From Spirochaetota bacterium (GTDB lineage Bacteria > Spirochaetota > UBA6919 > CBDBPB01): a stretch of DNA of 64,000 nt. A model generated the notes under the pieces. That model was not told where the DNA came from. It made no database searches and was given only the letters and a program-made list of their open reading frames with translations. The DNA lies in the NCBI GenBank assembly GCA_965208615.1, contig CBDBPB010000004.1:416001-480000 (forward strand). Reading direction: 5' to 3'. Made by a program: the position numbers and the translations under genes. This document shows positions 41,282 to 51,839 of this stretch, piece by piece. Numbering within the stretch: the first letter of the stretch is position 1; the number at the start of each line of letters is the position of its first letter.

Positions 41282-42337
41282 ATGAACAAACTTAACAATG
41301 AATTAATTAAAACTAAAAGAAAAGCTATTATATATAATTCTTTAGTTTACAGCTTTTTAATATTACTATTTATTTTAACTCTATTCCCTTCTATAGAAAA
41401 CGATTTTAAGTCTATAACCACTGATAAAGTATATAATGCAAATATTGAATATATAAATAGTGCATCTAATCGCTCCCTTGTAAGCCTTGCAACCATTGCT
41501 GTACTAAAAGGTGTTGTTGCAATAGGAAATATAATCCCCGTAGTAAGCGGATTTATCATGCCAATTCAAGACTTTTTAAGCGTTGCATGGAAAGCTGTAC
41601 TTTATTCTGCTATATCACTCCAAATCTTTTACTATTTTTTAATATTATTCCATCATATTGAGTTCATATTGCTGTCTATCTTTATTTTTGTTTTAATACT
41701 GTATAGGCTGTCTGTTAATTTTTCCCCCTATACGTGGATAAACAATTTTCTAAAATCATTATCGAGGTTTAGCTTATTGATTGTCCTTTTTACGTGGATA
41801 GTATTCCCTCTTTCTATTCAGGGAAGTAAACTACTATCCGAGGTTACTACTAAAAATCTTATGAAGAATGCTAATCGTGAATTAGCACAAATAAAAAAAG
41901 AACTAATCTCATTAGACTTCAAAGATGAAAAAACTAAATTAACACAAGAAAATACTACTAAGCAAAATACTACTAAAAAAGACCACTCTAATAAGAATAG
42001 TAAACCTAAAAATCAGGATGTCTCTTCTAAAGTTAGCAATTTTATATCAAACTTGCTTAAAGATATTAAAAACTCTGTAGTTAATAAGGCTAGTGAAATT
42101 AAAAAAACTTTAGCTATTAAGGGTAAAAAGTTAATTAAAAACATAGAGTTTTACAGCATAAAGATAAAAAACTATTCCATAATTATTATAGCTAGCTATA
42201 TACTAGACTGTTTAATCTTTCCCCTTTTAATTATATTTTTATTTATTTGGTTTTTAAAAATACTCAAACAACAATTTATCTCTGTTGAAAACGAAAAAAC
42301 AATGAAATCATTGCTAAAAACCTTAAAAAAAGGATAG
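41282..42337 (+). CDS. Hypothetical polytopic membrane protein
   Basis: Several hydrophobic segments and a Lys/Asn-rich soluble insert; no recognised motif. Confidence 0.7.
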   Translation: MNKLNNELIKTKRKAIIYNSLVYSFLILLFILTLFPSIENDFKSITTDKVYNANIEYINSASNRSLVSLATIAVLKGVVAIGNIIPVVSGFIMPIQDFLSVAWKAVLYSAISLQIFYYFLILFHHIEFILLSIFIFVLILYRLSVNFSPYTWINNFLKSLSRFSLLIVLFTWIVFPLSIQGSKLLSEVTTKNLMKNANRELAQIKKELISLDFKDEKTKLTQENTTKQNTTKKDHSNKNSKPKNQDVSSKVSNFISNLLKDIKNSVVNKASEIKKTLAIKGKKLIKNIEFYSIKIKNYSIIIIASYILDCLIFPLLIIFLFIWFLKILKQQFISVENEKTMKSLLKTLKKG

Positions 42338-42344
42338 TAATTTT

Positions 42345-43412
42345 ATGAAACAAGAAACTTTAATAATAAGAGGATTAACCTTAAGAACTTTTTTTATCTT
42401 CTTATTAGTCATAATATTAGTAGTGGGTATTTATTATTTATGGGCTATACTCGTTCCATTTTTTGTTGCCCTGCTTATTGCCTATCTTATTGATCCATTA
42501 GTCAAGTTTTTAGAAAGTAATAATCTTATTAGACTAAGGCGTACATGGGCGGTATCTTTGGTATTTATAATTTTTATATCTATTTTTATTGTTTTGCTGG
42601 TAGTACTGCTTAAACCCTTGGCTAAGGAAGCTGGAGAGTTAATTAAAGAAGTACCAAAATATTCTAAAGTTGTAGAAAATGAATATAACTTTATTTTAGA
42701 TAAGCTAAATACCATTGGTATACCCATACAAGTCGACGAAATAAAGGGACAGTTAGTCGAGATAACCGGATCATTGTTTACAGACTTTCTTTCTTTTTTG
42801 AGAAAGTTTTTTAGTTCAGCTTTGAACAGCATTCTTTTGTACCTTATATTAGTACCACTTTTTACATTCTATTTTTTAAAGGATAAGTATAAGATATTTA
42901 ACACAATAAAAAAGTTTATCAAAGACGAAAAAGAAAAACAAATTAAAAGTACATTCGATGAGGTAAACGAAAAAATTGGGGGATATATTAAGTCAATATT
43001 TTTAACTTCTGTATTAGTGGGTTTTACAGTATCTACTACTCTTTGTTTTTTTGATAACATACCATCCCCTATTCTGCTTGGGGTATTAGCCGGTATCGCA
43101 AATATTATACCATATATAGGACCAATTATTGGTTCAGCTCCTCCTTTATTGATTGCTATGGTAAGCTACTCGAGTAATGAGGTAATTACTCTTGCAATTT
43201 TTTTTATTATCCTGAACCTGCTAGTAGGAATGGTAATACAACCTAAGATTACATCAAAGGCAGTTAATATCCATCCTATTACAGTAATTCTGTCAGTTTT
43301 GATTGGTGGTAATATATTCGGGATTACTGGAATGCTATTAGCAGTACCTTTTGCTATTATTATTAAGGTATTACTTCTCTTAGTTTTCAAAATATATATT
43401 AAAGAGGTATGA
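42345..43412 (+). CDS. AI-2E (UPF0118/PerM) family transporter
   Basis: PFFVALLIAYLIDPLV, ANIIPYIGPIIG, IHPITVILSVLIGGNIFGITGMLLAVP. Confidence 0.92.
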   Translation: MKQETLIIRGLTLRTFFIFLLVIILVVGIYYLWAILVPFFVALLIAYLIDPLVKFLESNNLIRLRRTWAVSLVFIIFISIFIVLLVVLLKPLAKEAGELIKEVPKYSKVVENEYNFILDKLNTIGIPIQVDEIKGQLVEITGSLFTDFLSFLRKFFSSALNSILLYLILVPLFTFYFLKDKYKIFNTIKKFIKDEKEKQIKSTFDEVNEKIGGYIKSIFLTSVLVGFTVSTTLCFFDNIPSPILLGVLAGIANIIPYIGPIIGSAPPLLIAMVSYSSNEVITLAIFFIILNLLVGMVIQPKITSKAVNIHPITVILSVLIGGNIFGITGMLLAVPFAIIIKVLLLLVFKIYIKEV

Positions 43413-43427
43413 CAAACCTTTTATATA

Positions 43428-44621
43428 CTATTTCAACTTCCCTAACACTTTACCAATCTTATAAAACGAATCCAAAGCCTTATCAAGCTGGCTATCTGTA
43501 TGCGTAGCCATATAACTGGTTCTAATTAACGCTTGCCCTTGTGGTACACCAGGAGGTACAACAGGATTAACAAATATACCATCATCACTTAACATTTTCC
43601 AAAAGGTAAAGCAGTCATTCATATCCCCCATAAACACGGGTATAATTGGGGTTTCACTAATACCAGTATTAAAACCCATATCCTCAAGACCTTTTTTCAT
43701 TTTATTAGTATTATACCAAAGTTTTTCAATACGCTCTGGTTCACGTCTGATTATATCAATAGCCTTAGATACTGTAGCAACAGCAGGTGGAGGCATACTA
43801 GCACTAAAAATTAAAGACCTAGAATGATGTTTTAAATAATCAATAATTAGCTCATTAGACAGTACAGCTCCTCCAAGAGAAGCAAAAGACTTAGAAAAAG
43901 TGATAACTATAATATCTATTTCTTTCTCTAATCCAAAGTGTGCAGAAGTACCTTTACCATTATCCCCTAAAACCCCTGTACCATGAGCATCATCCACCAA
44001 GAGTCTGGCATTATACTTTTTAGCAAGGGTAACAATATCAGGTAGTTTAGCAATATCCCCTTCCATACTAAAAACACCATCCACTACAATTAACTTTCCC
44101 CAATTGGGTGAGCTTTTAGAACATCTAATTAAAACCCTTTCTAAGTCCTCCATATCATTATGGTTAAACTTAATAGTCTTTCCAAAAGAAAACCTAGAGG
44201 CATCAAATATACTAGCATGATCCATCTTATCCGTAATAATAAAATCCTTAGGCCCTACAAGACATCCTATTACTCCAATATTTGTTTGATATCCGGTACC
44301 ATAAAGAAGAACACTTTCACTACCAATAAAATCGGCTAATTTTTCTTCTAGTTTTCTGTGAATATCTAAGGTACCATTTAAAAAACGTGAGCCTGCATTC
44401 CCAGTACCATATTTATTAATAGCATCAATAGCGGCCTGCTTTACCTCAGGATGATTAGTTAAGCCCATATAACTATTAGAGCCTAACATAAGCATTTTTT
44501 TCCCGTTTATATATACCTCAGTATCCTGAGCAGACTCAATCTCTCTAAAAAAGGGATATAATCCCTTTTTTCTTACCTCATTTGCCTGTGTGTAATTATA
44601 ACACTTATCAAAAATATCCAT
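43428..44621 (-). CDS. Alpha-oxoamine synthase, serine palmitoyltransferase-like
   Basis: LGSNSYMGL, GSRFLNGT, DHASI, DGVFSMEGD, DDAHG, TFSKSF (PLP Lys), IFSAS, VNPVVPP. Confidence 0.85.
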   Translation of the reverse strand: MDIFDKCYNYTQANEVRKKGLYPFFREIESAQDTEVYINGKKMLMLGSNSYMGLTNHPEVKQAAIDAINKYGTGNAGSRFLNGTLDIHRKLEEKLADFIGSESVLLYGTGYQTNIGVIGCLVGPKDFIITDKMDHASIFDASRFSFGKTIKFNHNDMEDLERVLIRCSKSSPNWGKLIVVDGVFSMEGDIAKLPDIVTLAKKYNARLLVDDAHGTGVLGDNGKGTSAHFGLEKEIDIIVITFSKSFASLGGAVLSNELIIDYLKHHSRSLIFSASMPPPAVATVSKAIDIIRREPERIEKLWYNTNKMKKGLEDMGFNTGISETPIIPVFMGDMNDCFTFWKMLSDDGIFVNPVVPPGVPQGQALIRTSYMATHTDSQLDKALDSFYKIGKVLGKLK

Positions 44622-44683
44622 ATATAACCTATATAATGAATTTATCTAAAAACTTATTATTTGTAAACCATATTTGTTATATT

Positions 44684-45937
44684 TTAAGTTCCCGCACTAT
44701 AATCAGTCATATACTTTATCTGATCAGGTGTTAGCTTGTCAATGGATATACCCATAGTCTGAAGCTTGTATCCACCCACTTCTTCATCAACAGTTTTATC
44801 TAAAGTATAAACCTTTTTCTTTAAACCCCTACCGTTAGTAGCCAGGTGTATAAGGCCTAAAAACTGGTTTGCAAAAGACATATCCATAACCTCAGAAGGA
44901 TGTCCTTCAGCAGCAGCCAAGTTAACTAATCTTCCTTGTGCCAAAACATATATATTTTTACCGTTTTTAAGAGTATACCTTTCGTTATTGTTCCTAACCT
45001 CAATCTTACTCTTAGAAATAGACATTAAATCATTAATATTAAGTTCACAGTCATAGTGTCCGGTATTACAAACGATGGCACCTTCTTTCATTAGTTCAAA
45101 ATGCCTTTTAACAATGACATCCTTCATTCCAGTAGTAGTAACAAAAATATCACCTAGTTTAGATGCCTCATCCATAGTCATTACCCTAAAGCCATCCAAA
45201 GTAGCCTTTAGAGCGGCAGTAGGCAAGATTTCAGTTACAATTACATTAGCACCAGCACCCTTAGCCCGCATAGCTACCCCACGGCCGCAATGCCCATATC
45301 CTACTACTACAAAGGTTTTCCCAGCAATTAATACAGAACTTGCTCTTAATATACCATCTATCGAAGATTGTCCAGTTCCATATACATTATCAAAGTCCCA
45401 CTTTGTAACAGAGTCATTCACAGCCACAATAGGATATTTTAATGCCCCATCATTTGCCATAGCTCTAAGTCTTTGCACTCCAGTAGTAGTTTCTTCTGTT
45501 CCACCATAAATATTATCTGCTAATTCAGGCTTTTCTTTGTGTATGGTAAAAACAAGGTCAGCCCCATCATCAAGAGTTAGAGTTGGCTCAATTTCTAAAG
45601 TTTTTTTTATGCACCAATAAAAATCTTCATTATTCATACCGTGCCATGCATAAATAGATACTCCCTCTATTGCAAGGGCAGCAGCTATATCATCTTGAGT
45701 AGACAAAGGATTACAACCACTCCAACTAACCTCTGCTCCAGCAGATAGTAAAGTTTTTACTAATACAGCAGTTTCTTTGGTCACGTGAATACAACCAGAT
45801 ATCCGCATACCTTTTAATGGCTTAGTCTTACTATATTTTTCTTTTAGCAGAGCCAAAACAGGCATACGGCTTTCTGCCCATTCTATCCTAAGTAATCCTT
45901 TTTCTGCTAGTTTTTCATCTTTTACTTTATAATTCAT
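44684..45937 (-). CDS. ahcY: Adenosylhomocysteinase
   Basis: GCIHVTKETA, GCNPLSTQD, LDDGADL, EETTTG, FDNVYGTGQS, GRLVNL, GHPSEVMDMSF. Start moved to ATG 45937, which follows a GGAGG RBS. Confidence 0.97.
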   Translation of the reverse strand: MNYKVKDEKLAEKGLLRIEWAESRMPVLALLKEKYSKTKPLKGMRISGCIHVTKETAVLVKTLLSAGAEVSWSGCNPLSTQDDIAAALAIEGVSIYAWHGMNNEDFYWCIKKTLEIEPTLTLDDGADLVFTIHKEKPELADNIYGGTEETTTGVQRLRAMANDGALKYPIVAVNDSVTKWDFDNVYGTGQSSIDGILRASSVLIAGKTFVVVGYGHCGRGVAMRAKGAGANVIVTEILPTAALKATLDGFRVMTMDEASKLGDIFVTTTGMKDVIVKRHFELMKEGAIVCNTGHYDCELNINDLMSISKSKIEVRNNNERYTLKNGKNIYVLAQGRLVNLAAAEGHPSEVMDMSFANQFLGLIHLATNGRGLKKKVYTLDKTVDEEVGGYKLQTMGISIDKLTPDQIKYMTDYSAGT

Positions 45938-46141
45938 TAATTCCTCCAAAGATATATCACTATTAAACAAAAAATAGACTTTAAATATATAAAATTATTT
46001 ACCATTATCAATATTTTTTTTTGATATATTAAAATGATTTTATACCTAAAATTTAAATAATAAAAACTAAATAGACTTTAATAGATATAAATAAAAAAAA
46101 ATAAAGAAAAGTTTACTTAATTCAGAAAATTATTTATAAAA

Positions 46142-47107
46142 ATGAAAACACTATACTCATTATTACTTATTACATTATTATCTCTAGACGCTAGTGCATA
46201 CTATAAGATAAACAAGCTATCTATGGAAGACTCAGTGTTTAAGAACTTTAGAAAAGAGATTCTTTTTTATAATACTAGTTTTAAATATCGTCTTAAAAAA
46301 CTAATACAAAGTAGATCAAATATAAGAGCTGTAAAGTTAAAGACGGCTATTTATAAAGTAAAAATAGGGGATAACTTAATAAATATTGCAAATAGATCAT
46401 ATTTAAGTGTTGATACTATTGTATCAATTAACTATATAACAAGCCCTTATGATATTTTTGTAAATAAAAAAATATTAATCCCCAATATGGATGGTACTTT
46501 TTACCATATAGAAAAAGAAACTGATTTAGATCAGCTAAAAACAAAATATAAGTTGCCTAAGTTCATAATAGCTTCTGTTAACAACTTAAATAGAAATAAG
46601 TTATATAAAGGAGAAAAAGTGTTTATCCCTTTAAGAAAGCTATCTTTCGATGAAAGAAGATTCTTTAACTCTAAAATATTTTCTCGTCCATTAAAAGCTA
46701 GCGTTATTAATAAAAAGGGGTTTATTAAACCTGTTTTGGGTAGTATAACTTCAACTTTTGGTACTAGGGTTAATCCCTTTACCAATAAAAGAACCTTTCA
46801 TGGTGGATTGGATATAGCGGCACCAATAGGAAAAAAAGTTTATGCATCCCATAACGGAAAAGTTATTTTTTCGGGCTGGATGGGCGAATATGGACAATTA
46901 ATTATAATAAGCCATAAATATGACTATAAAACTTTTTATGGACACCTATCCAAAAGACTTGTAAGAAAAGGAATGACAGTAAAAAAAGGGGATATAATAG
47001 GCAAAGTAGGGTCAACAGGACATTCTACTGGACCTCATCTTCATTTTGAGGTTAGAAGATATAATCAAAGGAAAAATCCAATTAAGTTTACTCACAATAC
47101 TAAATAA
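46142..47107 (+). CDS. LysM + M23 family peptidoglycan endopeptidase
   Basis: Signal peptide, YKVKIGDNL LysM, HGGLD (HxxxD), YGHL, STGPHLHFEV (HxH). Confidence 0.93.
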   Translation: MKTLYSLLLITLLSLDASAYYKINKLSMEDSVFKNFRKEILFYNTSFKYRLKKLIQSRSNIRAVKLKTAIYKVKIGDNLINIANRSYLSVDTIVSINYITSPYDIFVNKKILIPNMDGTFYHIEKETDLDQLKTKYKLPKFIIASVNNLNRNKLYKGEKVFIPLRKLSFDERRFFNSKIFSRPLKASVINKKGFIKPVLGSITSTFGTRVNPFTNKRTFHGGLDIAAPIGKKVYASHNGKVIFSGWMGEYGQLIIISHKYDYKTFYGHLSKRLVRKGMTVKKGDIIGKVGSTGHSTGPHLHFEVRRYNQRKNPIKFTHNTK

Positions 47108-47486
47108 TTATATTAGTATTTACGAAAAATTTAATTGACAACACAATATGATTAGTATATATTTAGCCTCTATTACACTTAAGACGTTATTGTTACAATA
47201 AATTACTAAAAAAAGGGCAATTTATTAATTTAAAAGTAGTAAAATGTATAATAACTGCCCTAACTATTTGATATATAATAACATTTATAAGCTAAATAGA
47301 AAAAGATTATTTTATGAGGTGTTATATATACTAGTAACCGTTAATAAGTGTTCTAATAAATTGTAAAAAAATGCTCTAATCATATTATTCTAAAATGATT
47401 GAGTTATAATATTATTAGAAGGCATTAATAGCAATTGATTACTAATAACGTATATAATAATCTCAAATAATACTATTGGAGGAAAT

Positions 47487-47855
47487 ATGACAAAAGCAAA
47501 ATTGGAAAAGTTTAAAAAAGAGTTGCTGGATGAGAAAAAAGAGCTTTTAGAAGGACTACATAAGAATAATGAAAATATATCAAGTATAAATGCTGTAACT
47601 AAAAGTGGTGATATAGTAGATCAGGCCTATAGTTTTTATGAAAAAGAACTTCTTATAGGTTTATCTACAGGAGAAAAAGAAACTCTAAAAAACATTAATC
47701 ATGCACTAAAAAAAATAGATGACAAAACCTTTGGTATTTGCGAAGAGTGTAATAAGCCAATAGAAGAAAAAAGGTTAGAGGCTATTCCTTATGCTATTCG
47801 TTGTGTAGAGTGCAAGAAAAAGTCTACAAAAAAGCCTAAGGCAAAACTAAACTAA
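47487..47855 (+). CDS. dksA: DksA/TraR C4 zinc-finger protein
   Basis: DIVDQA (DxxDxA), CEECNKPI..RLEAIPYAIRCVEC; GGAGG RBS. Confidence 0.88.
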   Translation: MTKAKLEKFKKELLDEKKELLEGLHKNNENISSINAVTKSGDIVDQAYSFYEKELLIGLSTGEKETLKNINHALKKIDDKTFGICEECNKPIEEKRLEAIPYAIRCVECKKKSTKKPKAKLN

Positions 47856-47868
47856 AAAGTAGGCTATT

Positions 47869-48555
47869 TTGAATGACAATAATTACAAATCTGTTTTTGA
47901 GGTATTAATTCACACCAAAAATTGGATATACCAAGAACAACGGTTTAAATTAAGACAAAATAAAACTTTTTATAATAAAAGTAACGATCAGAATAAAAAG
48001 TTAGAAACTCCCTTAGCTAATCTGCAAGAACAAGTTAGAAATTGTACAAAATGTTCTTTGGCTAAAACTAGAAGACAAGTAGTTTTTGGTATAGGTAATA
48101 GTAAAAGTTCTCTTATGCTTGTTGGAGAGGCTCCTGGTCATGACGAAGATGTTAAAGGCTTACCTTTTGTTGGACAAGCCGGACAACTATTGGATAAAAT
48201 GTTAAAAGCTATAAACATAAATAGAGAAGATATATTTATCTGTAATGTAATTAAATGTCGTCCACCAAACAATAGAACTCCTTATGAAAGCGAGATTTCT
48301 TTTTGTTCTTATTATTTGGATAAGCAAATTGAGATTATAAATCCAGATATTATATTTACAATGGGAAATATTGCAACACAATATATTTTAAAGATAAAAA
48401 CTGGTATATCTAGGCTAAGAGGCAAAAGATATAATTTAGACAGCCGTATTATTTTACCTAGTTACCATCCTTCGGCACTCTTACATAATAGTGATCTAAA
48501 AAGACATGCATGGAATGATCTTAAGCTACTAAAGCTATTATTACAAAGACTGTAA
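47869..48555 (+). CDS. Uracil-DNA glycosylase family 4
   Basis: CTKCSL Fe-S motif, VGEAPG, PFVG, NVIKCRPPNNR, YHPSALL. Confidence 0.94.
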   Translation: MNDNNYKSVFEVLIHTKNWIYQEQRFKLRQNKTFYNKSNDQNKKLETPLANLQEQVRNCTKCSLAKTRRQVVFGIGNSKSSLMLVGEAPGHDEDVKGLPFVGQAGQLLDKMLKAININREDIFICNVIKCRPPNNRTPYESEISFCSYYLDKQIEIINPDIIFTMGNIATQYILKIKTGISRLRGKRYNLDSRIILPSYHPSALLHNSDLKRHAWNDLKLLKLLLQRL

Positions 48556-48774
48556 CTTATTTTTTATTAATCGTTGTTATAACGTTTAGCTGATTGTAAT
48601 GTTAATTTATAAATTAATATTGCTTTTATATAAAATGCTTGACTTTTATATAACAGTGTATAGCTTTAGAATAGTGTTACTATAACATGATAGTTTATGA
48701 AAGTTTTGTTTTTTATACTAGAAAATAATATAATAACCTATAATTAATGCTATAATATAACAAGAGTAAATAAT

Positions 48775-49626
48775 ATGACAAAACAAGAAATTATAAAAAA
48801 AATCTACGCCGAAGTAGATAATCTCCCACCAATACCAGATGTTATTACTAAAACTAATGAACTAATAAATGATCCAAATAGTAGTATAAAAGAAATAAGC
48901 TCCGTAATTAAACAGGATCCTTCCTTAACTGCTGATATCCTAAAGCTAGCTAACTCAGCATGGTATATAACTAGGTCATCTGTGGAAACAATTGAACAAG
49001 CCACTAGTATAATAGGGCTAAAACAGCTATCTACTATAATGCTATCCATAGGAGCTAAAAAAGTTCTTAAAGAACGTTATGAATCCATGGAAGAGGTTTG
49101 GAATCATTCATATAAATGCGCATTTTTCTCTAAATACCTTATGAAAATGATCACTAGACAAGTAGACGATATTGAAAGTGCTTATTTAGCAGGATTATTG
49201 CACGATATAGGAAAAATAGTTCTGCTTTCTATAACACCTGAACTAAGTAAAAGAATAATCTTGTTAAGTGAGGCTAAAAATGTTTCTATTGTTGAAATAG
49301 AAAGACTTGCACTAGGTCTAACCCATGCAGATATTGGCGGCAAGATTACAGAAAATTGGAACTTCCCAACAAAAATGACTATTGCTATATCCTATCATCA
49401 TACACCAAAACTCTATAGAAAAACTGATTGGCAAAATCTTATGTATACTGTCTATTTTGCAAATATGCTAAGCCATGTATCCAAAATTGATAATAATGAA
49501 ATTATAACGAAAATAAACTCCAATGTCTTAGAACTATTTAAAATTGACTCCAACGAAAAAATAGAAAAAGTCTTAAATACACTAAATGAATTCTATAGTT
49601 CAGTAGGAGACACTCAAAAACTATAA
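48775..49626 (+). CDS. HDOD domain protein
   Basis: LPPIP, DPSLTADILKLANSA, AGLLHDIGK, THADIGG, YHH. Confidence 0.93.
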   Translation: MTKQEIIKKIYAEVDNLPPIPDVITKTNELINDPNSSIKEISSVIKQDPSLTADILKLANSAWYITRSSVETIEQATSIIGLKQLSTIMLSIGAKKVLKERYESMEEVWNHSYKCAFFSKYLMKMITRQVDDIESAYLAGLLHDIGKIVLLSITPELSKRIILLSEAKNVSIVEIERLALGLTHADIGGKITENWNFPTKMTIAISYHHTPKLYRKTDWQNLMYTVYFANMLSHVSKIDNNEIITKINSNVLELFKIDSNEKIEKVLNTLNEFYSSVGDTQKL

Positions 49627-49637
49627 GAATAACTTAT

Positions 49638-50900
49638 CTATTGTTGCTTAGTTTTGATACTTTCTAATCCCAATGGAGGAAAATTACTGCATAATTCCTT
49701 AACTTCATTAAAAATAGAACTTAATTTATGTTCATCATCATAGTTATTAACAACATCGTTTATCCAACTGGCTATTCTTATCATCTCAGCTTCTTTCATA
49801 CCTCTAGATGTAATAGACGGAGTACCTAAACGTATACCACTAGGGTCAAAAGGCTTTCTTTTGTCAAAAGGTACAGCGTTAGCATTACAAACAAGTCCTG
49901 CACTGTCCATAGCCCTTGCTATCTTTTTACCAGTAACATCTTTACTAGTTAGGTCTATTAATATAAGATGATTATCAGTACCCCCAGTAACAAGATTAAA
50001 ACCATGATCCAGTAGTTTATGAGCCAGTACCTTTGCATTATTAACAACTTGTTTGGCATAAACCTTAAAATCATTAGTAGATGCCTCTTTTAAAGCAACA
50101 GCAATAGCCGCAGTTGTATTATTATGCGGTCCACCTTGAAGAGTAGGAAATACAGCCTTATCAATAAGTTTGGCATGATCTTGTTTACACATTACCATAC
50201 CACCTCTAGGACCTCTTAGCGTTTTATGAGTAGTTGTAGTAACAACATCAGCATGAGGAACAGGTGAATTATGCACTCCACCAACAACTAAGCCAGCAAT
50301 ATGAGCAATATCAGCGGCAAAATATGCACCAACCTCATTTGCAATATCACCAAAAACCTTAAAGTCAATCTCTCTCGGATATGCACTTGCTCCAGCCCAT
50401 ATTAACTTTGGCCTTTCTCTTTTTGCAATCTCCATAATTTTATCATAGTTTAACCTGTTACTAACCTCATCCAGAGTATAAGGAATAGACTTATACAACT
50501 TTCCAGAAAAGCTTACACTCCACCCATGAGTAAGATGACCACCATGAGGTAGGCTTAAACCCATAACTTTATCCCCAGGCTCTAAAAAAGCAAAGTATAC
50601 TGCCATGTTAGCAGGTGATCCAGAAAGAACTTGTACATTTACATGATCAACACCAAAAAGCTCCCTTGCCCTATTAATAGCAATATTCTCTATCTGATCA
50701 ATGAATTGCTGTCCCTCATAATACCTCTTATTAGGATAACCCTCTGAATACTTATTCGTTAAAATACTAGAACTAGCCTCCATAACCGACTTGGATGTAT
50801 AATTCTCAGAAGGAATAAGTCTAATTTTATCAACTTGTCTAAGCTCCTCTTGCTTTATAAGATTATATATTTCTGGATCAATATGTTTAAGGTTTTCCAA
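49638..50900 (-). CDS. glyA: Serine hydroxymethyltransferase
   Basis: LIPSENY, NKYSEGYP, GGHLTHG, TTTTHKTLRGPRGG, QGGP, SGIRLGTP. Confidence 0.98.
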   Translation of the reverse strand: MENLKHIDPEIYNLIKQEELRQVDKIRLIPSENYTSKSVMEASSSILTNKYSEGYPNKRYYEGQQFIDQIENIAINRARELFGVDHVNVQVLSGSPANMAVYFAFLEPGDKVMGLSLPHGGHLTHGWSVSFSGKLYKSIPYTLDEVSNRLNYDKIMEIAKRERPKLIWAGASAYPREIDFKVFGDIANEVGAYFAADIAHIAGLVVGGVHNSPVPHADVVTTTTHKTLRGPRGGMVMCKQDHAKLIDKAVFPTLQGGPHNNTTAAIAVALKEASTNDFKVYAKQVVNNAKVLAHKLLDHGFNLVTGGTDNHLILIDLTSKDVTGKKIARAMDSAGLVCNANAVPFDKRKPFDPSGIRLGTPSITSRGMKEAEMIRIASWINDVVNNYDDEHKLSSIFNEVKELCSNFPPLGLESIKTKQQ

Positions 50901-50985
50901 TATACTCTCCCAACTAACTTGTTAGTGAAATTCCAACGTTCTTTTTTTATATAATGTTACTAGCTCTATATAATTTGCTAAGTAG

Positions 50986-51753
50986 TTACCTTCTTCTACG
51001 ACTAAAACTACTAGAACTCTTTTTACTAGACGTCTTTTTACTACCAAAGCTACTAGACTTCTTAGTACTAGACCGCTTTTTACCACCAAACCAACTTCCC
51101 TTATTAGCTGACTTCTTGCCCCATGAACTACTAGAACCTCTCTTAAACTTTTTAGAAGTACTTTTCTAAAAAGGCTTATTAAAACTATTGGCCCTAGTGA
51201 CCTGTTTTCTATAAGCCGGAGTTGAGCGATAAGAAGTCCTTGAACGCTTTATAGTACTATAACTGGATATAGGCGTACGATAAAGTGTCCTGGGTAATGT
51301 CCAATAAGTAAGTGCACCAGTAGCCGCATAATAAATAGGTAAATGATGAGAATAAGAGCCATAACCTGTTCTGGTATACGAAGATTTATTACTTTCTGTA
51401 TCAAAGTCCCTATTAAAAGAAAGCAATCTCTCACCATTATCAGTCTTAGCATTTTGGGGATTGTTATCTATATAAAGAACTACACTTTGCTTGTTCTTAC
51501 CAGTATTATTAACAGAAATAGATATAATCTCATAGCCGGTATATATCTCATTTACCTTTTTCTCAAACTCCTGAGGGCTTTTAGCGGTCTCAAACGCCTT
51601 TGATACGGCATCCACATCAAGATTAAGCTTACTAGCCCTACCATAATCATCCTCTACCAACTGACTCCCAGAATAAGATACTAATATATAAAGTGTAACC
51701 AGTAAACCAACAACTAATGAAAATACTATCTTAAATAATTTTTTACATAACAT
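50986..51753 (-). CDS. Paralog (copy 2) of the upstream lipoprotein; in-frame TAG at 51166-51168 separates a Ser/Lys/Arg-rich tail
   Basis: Core nearly identical to 51840..52598. After the TAG the frame continues KSTSKKFKRGSSSSWGKK...SRRRR to TAA at 50986. The homologous codon in copy 1 is CAG. Confidence 0.8.
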
Positions 51754-51839
51754 ATAGCTCTCCCAATAATAATTAATTTGTTGCTAAGTCCCGGATTCTT
51801 TATTTATATAATACCTCACTTATATATAGTTTGCTATAT

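Noticed and set aside
47215-47261. Inverted repeat AGGGCA...TGCCCT upstream of dksA
   Set aside because: Short stem with a long AT-rich loop; insufficient to call a terminator or RNA element
51166-51168. Genome-wide amber recoding
   Set aside because: Other genes end at TAG at their expected C-termini (for example the MCP, ROK kinase, ftsH and glyA), and no other conserved gene shows a clean internal TAG
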